Assembly (NCBI GenBank): GCA_034437415.1
Contig: DAOTUS010000173.1
Location: forward strand, 1 to 47,795
Direction: 5' to 3'
Length of the DNA: 47,795 bases
Source of the DNA: Herpetosiphonaceae bacterium
Lineage (GTDB): Bacteria > Chloroflexota > Chloroflexia > Chloroflexales > Herpetosiphonaceae
The position numbers and the translations under genes were made by a program. Position 1 is the first letter of the stretch. Each line of letters opens with the position of its first letter. Under the pieces are notes generated by a model that was not told the origin of the DNA, ran no database searches, and saw only the letters and a program-made list of their open reading frames with translations. Shown here in pieces: positions 1-6,246 of this stretch.

Positions 1-513
1 TGCTTCCGGAAAAACCTGATCCGGTTTTATTCACGGAACTCATGCGCACCGTGACGAGCCTTGGACGGATTCACCCGCGCCAACCGGCGACCAGTCCGCC
101 CTAATTGGCGAGGGTATTGCCTAACCAGGAATTGATGTGAACCAGTTCATCGGTTTTAGACCATTAGAACGCCAAGAATCTAGTATCTATCACAACCATG
201 TCATGCACTAAGCTATCCAGGTGCTGATTACATTTCGCGTTATATTAAGAAACCAGGATGCCTGCGTAATCCACAAGTTGCGAATGCTTGGCAGAAGGCA
301 ATGGTAGAACTGGGGTTACGCGAACTTTAGGCGTATGGACGACATACTACGTGGTGACATCCACCATCCTCTACCCTGTTTCTCTATCTTTCCATAGCAT
401 AAGCACTAATGTTCGTTGCGGCGAACATTCACATTGCGCACCTTTAATCACACATGGCAGGCATATCGTGTCCGTTTCGGACAAATTATGGTGGCCAGTG
501 ACACGCTCTCGCC

Positions 514-983
514 CTACTCAACGCTGCGGGGCCGATACTGGAGCGCCTCGGCCAGATGGGCTGGCTGGATGGTGGGGGCGCCCGCCAGGTCGGCGATCGT
601 GCGGGCCAGCTTGAGCACCCGGTGGTACGAGCGCGCCGAGAGCTGGAGCTGGCGCATCGCCGCCTTCATCAGGCTTTCGCCAGCGTTATCCAGGGCGCAC
701 CAGCGCCGCAGCACCGCCGGACCCATCTCGCTGTTGGTCAGCAGGCCCGTGGCGCCAAAGCGCTCGCGCTGGAGCTGGCGCGCCGCCGTGACCCGCTCGC
801 GGATCGCCTGCGATGGCTCGCCGACCCGCTCGCCCGCTAGCTTCTCGTAGTGGACGCGGGGCACCTCGACGTGAATATCAATTCGGTCAAGCAGCGGCCC
901 CGACAGCCGCTTCTGGTAGCGGCTGATCGCGGCTGGCGCACACGTGCAGGCCCGGCCTGGGTCGCCGTAGTGGCCGCACGGAC
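514..983 (-). pseudogene. comM: 3-prime (C-terminal) fragment of comM/yifB Mg-chelatase-like AAA+ protein, separated from its 5-prime part by the prophage
   Basis: The minus-strand frame is open from the junction (codon at 981..979) to the stop at 514. It reads PCGHYGDPGRACTCAPAAISRYQKRLSGPLLDRIDIHVEVPRVHYEKL...LQYRPRSVE, the ComM/YifB C-terminal part. It continues exactly where fragment 44785..45829 stops (..AMNPCP). Confidence 0.85.
977..983. repeat. attL core (CACGGAC), identical to 44778..44784
   Basis: This 7-bp sequence is shared by both comM/prophage junctions. Flanks are gccgCACGGACctgt on the left and agtcCACGGACaggg on the right. Confidence 0.75.
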
Positions 984-1088
984 CTGTACGAACTACAACT
1001 AACGGATTTTATCCGCATTGAGCGCGTGAAGCGTAAAAAATACAAGCCCAGAGTGAAGGTCAACGTCTAATTATTTCGCGTCTTCGAA

Positions 1089-1119
1089 CCCTGCCACCTC
1101 GGCGGGGTTTTCTGTTTTT
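1089..1119 (+). terminator. Rho-independent terminator-like hairpin upstream of the Lar-like gene
   Basis: Stem ccctgcc/ggcgggg with loop acctc, followed by ttttctgttttt. In the circular phage form it would lie just after the extended int ORF. Confidence 0.5.
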
Positions 1120-1129
1120 AGGAGGGTAT

Positions 1130-1342
1130 ATGGATGAGCTACTGCCCTGTCCATTTTGTGGATCGCGGGCGACTATAGGCAACAACTATATCCAATTTTG
1201 GATCGACTGCCTCAGCTGCTATGTAGTGAGCCGTGCATGCCTCAAGCGAGCAGACGCTATCGCCGCCTGGAACCGCCGCGCCGCCGCCCCGCCGCCGCCG
1301 ACCGACCTGGTACGCCAGGCGCTTTTGCAGAACGAGGATTAG
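1130..1342 (+). CDS. Lar-family restriction alleviation-like zinc-ribbon protein
   Basis: RBS aggaggg lies 3 nt upstream. The motif LLPCPFCG..x..CLSC....ADAIAAWNRR matches the Lar family pattern (CPFCG ... C..C ... A...WN.R) as I remember it. Confidence 0.7.
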   Translation: MDELLPCPFCGSRATIGNNYIQFWIDCLSCYVVSRACLKRADAIAAWNRRAAAPPPPTDLVRQALLQNED

Positions 1343-1345
1343 GAA

Positions 1346-2110
1346 ATGATGTACGCCCTTCTAACGGCCGTCAATGTTCTGCTGTTCGCCGCCTGGGTGC
1401 TGGCGCTGCGCTCCCTCCGCCTCCCCTGGCGCTCGGTGCTGGCGATGCTACCAACCCCGATGCTGGGTTTCGCCAGCAGCTACGGCGTGTACGCCTTTAA
1501 TCGCCACTTCGCCCCGGCCTGGGTTGCCATCATTATGGCGGCCGCATACGAGGTCACCTATGTTGGCATTGCAGCCTACAGCGCATTGTCAACATCGCAA
1601 GTCCGAAAGGGCGACAAGATCGCGAGAGACGCGGCGGTCATTAGTTTTTGCCAAAACGCGCTTGCTGGGCTGGTCGTGATCCAGCCCACGGTCTTGCTAT
1701 ACAGCACATGGGGAGCCTGGGCCTTGGCTGTCAATGCGCCGCTGTCGATGCTCCACGCGGCCCAGGTCTGGATTGCCTATCGGGCCGCAAACTTCACGCT
1801 CCACAAGTCGGGCGAGGTTGGCGAAATTCCCGCAAATAGTCACAACGTTGCGACTATTGCGACCGAAGTCGCAACCAGCGTGCGGGTTGTCGGCAGGCCG
1901 CCACAGCGCCGCACGCGGCCCCAGGTTGCCACCCTTGCGCCCGCCGCAACAATGCCAATGCTGACCGACAAGCACGCCCCCGAGGTTGTGACGTTGCGGG
2001 ATGCGGGGTTGTCATTTGCGAAAATTGGCGAGCGACTTGGCATGAGCGGTGAGGCGGCTCGTCAGAAATACTACGCCGCAAAGGCGACGATTGACCAGGA
2101 GGCACAATGA
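1346..2110 (+). CDS. Multi-pass membrane protein with C-terminal HTH (sigma-70 region-4/LuxR-like)
   Basis: About five hydrophobic helices, followed by VVTLRDAGLSFAKIGERLGMSGEAARQKY. The gene is tightly packed after the Lar-like gene. Confidence 0.6.
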   Translation: MMYALLTAVNVLLFAAWVLALRSLRLPWRSVLAMLPTPMLGFASSYGVYAFNRHFAPAWVAIIMAAAYEVTYVGIAAYSALSTSQVRKGDKIARDAAVISFCQNALAGLVVIQPTVLLYSTWGAWALAVNAPLSMLHAAQVWIAYRAANFTLHKSGEVGEIPANSHNVATIATEVATSVRVVGRPPQRRTRPQVATLAPAATMPMLTDKHAPEVVTLRDAGLSFAKIGERLGMSGEAARQKYYAAKATIDQEAQ

Positions 2111-2280
2111 TGTTTAAAGAACACGACTGGGAAGATGGCAGCGCTGATGTATGCGCCTACTGCGACGAGGATGCGGAGTTTGAGTGCGACAACTGCGGCG
2201 AAGGCGTCTGTATTGATCACAGCAAGCCGTGGGCGCCACAGACGATCTATTGCCCCAAGTGCTACGACAAGGTGAAATAA
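2107..2280 (+). CDS. 57-aa B-box-like zinc-ribbon mini-protein (below the ORF-track length cutoff)
   Basis: ATGA overlap with the upstream stop. Hand translation gives MMFKEHDWEDGSADVCAYCDEDAEFECDNCGEGVCIDHSKPWAPQTIYCPKCYDKVK. It is a paralogue of the Cys pattern in 2870..3112. Confidence 0.55.
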   Translation: MMFKEHDWEDGSADVCAYCDEDAEFECDNCGEGVCIDHSKPWAPQTIYCPKCYDKVK

Positions 2281-2282
2281 AA

Positions 2283-2543
2283 ATGTGCAATATCACGATT
2301 GACCACGGCTGGTACGCCGAGCGCGAGCGGGCAATGGCGGCGCTGACGGCGCAGTGCATCGCCAGCATCGTCAAGGTTGCCGATGCTGCTCCAGGCTCGA
2401 TTGCACCGGCAACCAAGGCAGCTCTTGACGCCGTGCTCGCCGTCTACGTCCGGGCAGCCGCCGACCACTACCGCGCCACCCCGCGCGACTTTACGCGCTG
2501 CCCCGAGTGTGGGCAGTCGCTACCACAGGAGGATCAACCATGA
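2283..2543 (+). CDS. Hypothetical protein ending in a PRDFTRCPECG zinc-knuckle-like tail
   Basis: The internal ATG (MCNITIDHGWY..) lies directly after the stop of the preceding mini-protein. The longer track ORF start at 2229 overlaps that gene. Confidence 0.45.
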   Translation: MCNITIDHGWYAERERAMAALTAQCIASIVKVADAAPGSIAPATKAALDAVLAVYVRAAADHYRATPRDFTRCPECGQSLPQEDQP

Positions 2544-2800
2544 CTGACCAGACAACACCCGAGCAGCGGGCCGAGCACGTGTACACGGCCACGATCTGGC
2601 AATATCTCGACAATGTGCTCCGTGGCGATTTTGTGGTCAGGCAGGAGATGATCGACCACATCGCCGCCGAGATACGCGCCGCCGCCCCGCGCTGGATACC
2701 AGTGAGCGAGCGGATGCCGGATGATGAACAGTTTGTTTTGGCCCTGCCAGAATGGGGATTCCCTGTTGTTGACTTTAGAAAAAAGCAACCTGGAGCCTGA
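2540..2800 (+). CDS. DUF551-like phage protein; the zero frame stops at 2800 and the conserved C-terminal motif lies in the -1 frame (to 2877)
   Basis: RBS ggagga is followed by ATG at 2540 (MTDQTTPEQ..). WIPVSERMPDDEQFVL resembles the DUF551 start, and the expected THW.P.P.PP end (THWQPMPGPPQ) is encoded in the -1 frame downstream of A_AAA_AAG at 2779..2785. Confidence 0.6.
   Translation: MTDQTTPEQRAEHVYTATIWQYLDNVLRGDFVVRQEMIDHIAAEIRAAAPRWIPVSERMPDDEQFVLALPEWGFPVVDFRKKQPGA
2779..2785 (+). promoter_or_regulatory. Candidate -1 frameshift heptamer A_AAA_AAG (or a homopolymer indel)
   Basis: Codons aga aaa aag place the heptamer in X_XXY_YYZ phase. The -1 frame then reads ATWSLNVPTHTHTITHWQPMPGPPQEATND and stops at 2875..2877. 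Confidence 0.4.
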
Positions 2801-2869
2801 ATGTGCCTACCCATACGCACACCATCACCCACTGGCAGCCGATGCCCGGCCCACCACAGGAGGCCACGA

Positions 2870-3112
2870 ATGATTAATCAATACCCACGCGACTTCACCC
2901 GATGCCCGCATGCGGGCATAAGCAGGAGGGCTAGAACGATGGACGAAGAGTATTGCGCTGTTTGCAAAACGATGACTGGCGGGTCAAACTGCGAGATGTG
3001 CGATGCATCTATTTGCTTCGATCATTCGCGGCTTGATATTAATGGCATAGTGTTTTGTCCTGATTGCTACGAAGATTTATGTGCCACGATGGATGCGTAT
3101 AGCCCTGAGTAA
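2870..3112 (+). CDS. B-box-like zinc-ribbon protein (80 aa; possible alternative start at 2939)
   Basis: caggagg RBS followed by ATG (MINQYPRDFTRCPHAG..). The C-terminal part, YCAVCKTMTGGSNCEMCDASICFDHSRLDINGIVFCPDCY, has the same Cys/His spacing as 2107..2280. Confidence 0.5.
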   Translation: MINQYPRDFTRCPHAGISRRARTMDEEYCAVCKTMTGGSNCEMCDASICFDHSRLDINGIVFCPDCYEDLCATMDAYSPE

Positions 3113-3158
3113 TCATCAGCGCCGCCTGTTGTGGGCGGCGCATAGCAGGAGGCCGCGA

Positions 3159-3833
3159 ATGATTAATCAATATCCACGCGACGTGCTCAATCCGCCAGGC
3201 CCGCGTATGCGCAAAGGCCGGGCCGGGAAATTTCACCACCTGCAGGTACAGGCCCGGCGGACGGCGATGGATCCTGTGGCGACCAACGAGGATGCCGAGG
3301 CCCGGCGCGACATCAAGCAGCGGGCCATTGCCGAGGCGCTGATGCTCCTGATGTTCCGCATGGTCTGGGCGCTCAACCTGGCAGGCACGGTTGCGGCGAC
3401 GGTGCTCATCGGCCGCAGCATCAGCACACTGCTGGTTGGCGCTGGCCTGACGCCGCTCCGCGCTATCGACTATGCCCTAATCGCGGCGGCGTACCAGCTT
3501 TTTATCACGCATATTCAGCAGTATCTCTGGCGCACAGGCAACGCCTACGACGGCACATGGCAGGAGCGTGGCCGAGCGTTCTGGGCAGACCTGGACAAAA
3601 CCAAGCTCTCGCTGGTTGTCTTTTTCGGCGTCACCGACGCGCTGCCCACGGCCTACTTCGTGTTGCGCGGAAGCGCATACGTGTGGGATACTATCCCCTA
3701 TGCGCTACCTTACCTGCTGGCGGTGGCGGTTGCCGTTCCGATGGCGATGCTGGTTGAGCCAGCGATGACAAAGCACCGCCGGGCGATGAAGCGACTGTTT
3801 TCTGAGCTTGGCTATAGCGTGAATTGGATGTGA
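3159..3833 (+). CDS. Polytopic membrane protein (holin-like or unknown)
   Basis: The same 37-nt RBS/start cassette as at 2857 gives the MINQYPRD.. start. Several hydrophobic helices follow. Confidence 0.55.
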   Translation: MINQYPRDVLNPPGPRMRKGRAGKFHHLQVQARRTAMDPVATNEDAEARRDIKQRAIAEALMLLMFRMVWALNLAGTVAATVLIGRSISTLLVGAGLTPLRAIDYALIAAAYQLFITHIQQYLWRTGNAYDGTWQERGRAFWADLDKTKLSLVVFFGVTDALPTAYFVLRGSAYVWDTIPYALPYLLAVAVAVPMAMLVEPAMTKHRRAMKRLFSELGYSVNWM

Positions 3834-3837
3834 TGCG

Positions 3838-4176
3838 ATGAGTATAACGACCGTGTTGGCCCTGCTCGGTATCGTGCTGTTCTTAGTGGCGAGTACTGGT
3901 CATGTACTTCTCAGTCGCAAGCCAATGCCAACCACAGGCCGCACGCTGCCACATCGCAGGCAGCAGCGCACCACCGCCACGCCTCTCGTGCAGCAGCGGC
4001 CCGCAGAGCCAGCCGTGGCCGCCCCGCGCACGATTCGCCGCCTGCCGATGAAGACCTATCGCCTACGCCAGCGCCGCAAGGTGCGCCGACTCACCGCCGC
4101 GATTGTGGCGCAGCGGGCGCGGATCAAAGAGCTGGAGCAACGACTGCTGGAGCAGCTGGTGCTGGCCGAGGTGTAG
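3838..4176 (+). CDS. Single-pass membrane protein with basic linker and coiled-coil tail
   Basis: N-terminal TM segment ITTVLALLGIVLFLVASTG, an Arg-rich middle, and a C-terminal IKELEQRLLEQLVLAEV. Confidence 0.5.
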   Translation: MSITTVLALLGIVLFLVASTGHVLLSRKPMPTTGRTLPHRRQQRTTATPLVQQRPAEPAVAAPRTIRRLPMKTYRLRQRRKVRRLTAAIVAQRARIKELEQRLLEQLVLAEV

Positions 4177-4182
4177 ACAAAG

Positions 4183-4223
4183 AAAAAGCCCGTCGCGATC
4201 TTGATTGATCGCGGCGGGCTTTT
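4183..4223. terminator. Bidirectional rho-independent terminator between convergent units
   Basis: 13-bp stem gcccgtcgcgatc/gatcgcggcgggc with loop ttgatt. An A-run lies upstream and a T-run downstream. Confidence 0.75.
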
Positions 4224-4228
4224 ATGTT

Positions 4229-4609
4229 TTAGCGCAGCATCAGCGGCAGCCACGTGTCATGGACGGCGGTCACCAGCGACTCCGCCGTGGGGCACTCGGC
4301 CCGCCCGCCACCGACCACAACAACCACATTGCCCGGCCAGTGCGGCTGCCAGTCGAGGCGCTCCCCGCTCAGCGCCACGTCGCCGGGGATCGTGCTCAGT
4401 ACCGAGATAACGGGGTAGTTTGCGATGTCTGGGATACGATACGACCGCGCCTGCTCGTCGGTGGCGACCAGCAGATACGAGACGGTGCTCATGCCGTCGT
4501 AGCACGTTTTCTCGACATGCACGGTGGCGCCAGGGACGTGGTAGATGCTCTGGGCCTGGGCGGGCGTGGCCAACGTGAGCGCTAGCAACAGGATAAGCAC
4601 GGTTTTCAT
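4229..4609 (-). CDS. Secreted protein (signal peptide), last gene of the tail/late operon
   Basis: MKTVLILLLALTLATPAQAQ has the shape of a signal peptide. No recognisable catalytic motif. Confidence 0.55.
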   Translation of the reverse strand: MKTVLILLLALTLATPAQAQSIYHVPGATVHVEKTCYDGMSTVSYLLVATDEQARSYRIPDIANYPVISVLSTIPGDVALSGERLDWQPHWPGNVVVVVGGGRAECPTAESLVTAVHDTWLPLMLR

Positions 4610-4610
4610 A

Positions 4611-5135
4611 TTAGTTCACCTTTGCAATAGAGACATAGTTAAACACGGCACCATTGAAGAGGGTAAGCGCCCCTCCGCTAATATGGGAGGCGCGAACATC
4701 GATGGAGTCGCCGACCGCGAGTTGCACGACATCTGACCCTCTCAGGCACTTAAACAGCCCCGCCGCCGATGAGTCCATCCCATCGGCCCGCTCAAAGTTT
4801 GAGTAGTAGACGGCGTTTTTATACAGCGCCAGATTCCCCCACTCCACAAGCGCCCAGGTGGTGGTTGCGGCGAACAAAATCGCCGCGTTGACCTGGTAGT
4901 AGCCTGCCACCTTGGCGGTGAAGCGCCACGCCGCCCCGGTTGTAAGATGGCTGTCCGCGTCGAATGTCACGATGTTATAGTCCACGATCGTGGGCGTCGT
5001 GTTCGGGATTGACTGCGCTGTCGCCGTCGCCGCCCGCGCCACCACCGGGCGCGGGTGGGTGTCGCGCATCAGGTCGTGCACCTGCTTTTCGAGCGCGACA
5101 ATCCGCCGCGCCTGCTCGCTATCCGATGCTGACAT
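4611..5135 (-). CDS. Tail fibre tip / receptor-binding candidate with C1q/TNF-like jelly-roll domain
   Basis: N-terminal coiled coil (RRIVALEKQVHDL). This is followed by IVTFDADSHL..WRFTAKVAGYYQVNAAI ... VVQLAVGDSIDVRA ... VFNYVSIAKV, which follows the gC1q pattern as I remember it. Confidence 0.5.
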   Translation of the reverse strand: MSASDSEQARRIVALEKQVHDLMRDTHPRPVVARAATATAQSIPNTTPTIVDYNIVTFDADSHLTTGAAWRFTAKVAGYYQVNAAILFAATTTWALVEWGNLALYKNAVYYSNFERADGMDSSAAGLFKCLRGSDVVQLAVGDSIDVRASHISGGALTLFNGAVFNYVSIAKVN

Positions 5136-6246
5136 TGGCCTCGCTCCTCAGTCCGAGCTGGAGAATATCAGCCCCGGCGGCCGTCTGGCCCACCGTGATC
5201 GCCGATACCCGGCAGTCGAACACGTAGCCGAACGCCTGCACCGGAACGATGTCGCCATAGGCAATATCGCGCCCGTAGCGCACGTTCGGCGTGTCTACAA
5301 AATCCCCGCTGAACATCGCCAGCACGCGGCCCGCCCGGAGCGCGGCGCTGGCCTCGGCGTTGACCTGGGCCTGGGTTTTGGCGTTGCGGGCGCTGACCAC
5401 CCGCTCACGCCGGGCGCCAGGGCTGACCGTGGCCTGGGTGGTATCGACCGCGCTGCCAACCAGCTCCAGCGCCGCCTCGCCCTGGCCTGTCGCGTAGGCC
5501 GCGTTGACCTCGCTGCGGTAGCTGATATTCAGCGCGGCGTTGCGGATATTGCCGTATGCCGGGCCGATGAGTGGAATATTTTTGCTGTTGCGGCGGTCGA
5601 CGCCCCGCGTGCGGATAAACGTCTGAAAGGTAAACAGGCCGTCCGCGTAGGTCACATCGAACGTCGTGAACGTGCCCAGCCGCGTGGCGTCGTCGGCAAC
5701 CTCCTGGACTGTCTGGAGCAGCCGCGCCCGCGCCGCCGCCTTGGTCGCCAGCGGCCCCAGGGCCAGGTCAGGTGCCACGGCGAAGTATGCGCTATCCATC
5801 CGCCGGGCGGTGTCCGTAGCCAAGCTGCTGGCGTTCTCCCTGACAAACGCCTTGATCATGTTGTCGGCGGCCACTGCGGTCTTCGTGGCCTGAGCGCTGT
5901 CCTCGGCGTAGTCAACCACGCGCCGATCAATCAGGGTCAGGCCGTCGCTGGCGCTCAGCACGAGCGACGTGCTGGCGTCGTCAAAGCGCAGGCCGTCAAG
6001 CAGCCACCCGGTATCCTCGGCCAGCACATACGGCCCGCCGTCAATCGAGCGCCAGATCGTAAGGATTGAGTCCGCACGCATCCACGAGCGCGGGTAGGCG
6101 TCAATCGGCAGTGCAAGCGTGAGCGTGCCAAGCATCTTATCGGCGCGGGTGTACTGCCACGCCCCGCGATCGCGCAGGATCGGCAGCGGGCTGGTCAGAC
6201 TCTGGCCGCCCGGCCCGCTGATGCGAATTTCATAGCGTGTCGTCAT
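5119..6246 (-). CDS. Minor tail / baseplate-associated protein
   Basis: Start trimmed to MTTRYEIRISG.. (ATGA overlap with the upstream stop at 6243). The call rests on its position between the large tail protein and the fibre tip. Confidence 0.45.
   Translation of the reverse strand: MTTRYEIRISGPGGQSLTSPLPILRDRGAWQYTRADKMLGTLTLALPIDAYPRSWMRADSILTIWRSIDGGPYVLAEDTGWLLDGLRFDDASTSLVLSASDGLTLIDRRVVDYAEDSAQATKTAVAADNMIKAFVRENASSLATDTARRMDSAYFAVAPDLALGPLATKAAARARLLQTVQEVADDATRLGTFTTFDVTYADGLFTFQTFIRTRGVDRRNSKNIPLIGPAYGNIRNAALNISYRSEVNAAYATGQGEAALELVGSAVDTTQATVSPGARRERVVSARNAKTQAQVNAEASAALRAGRVLAMFSGDFVDTPNVRYGRDIAYGDIVPVQAFGYVFDCRVSAITVGQTAAGADILQLGLRSEANVSIG

Noticed and set aside
288-850. Plus-strand ORFs 288..614, 416..850 and 556..840 at the left edge.
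   Set aside because: They run antisense to the comM 3-prime fragment or through AT-rich, ORF-poor DNA, and their translations look like junk. The region 1..513 has no ORF of 60 aa or more that I trust and no RNA I can recognise. A small hairpin plus T-run sits at about 5..28.
4990-6069. Long antisense or off-frame ORFs throughout the track. Examples are 4990..6069(+), 7068..8066(+), 11152..12155(+), 21999..22652(+), 33752..34885(-), 37459..38202(-), 40923..41705(-), 44762..45781(+) and 46561..47283(-).
   Set aside because: Their translations are Arg/Gly/Ala/Pro-rich and of low complexity, as is typical of shadow frames in GC-rich coding DNA. Each lies opposite or out of frame to an ORF with clear motifs and good gene packing.
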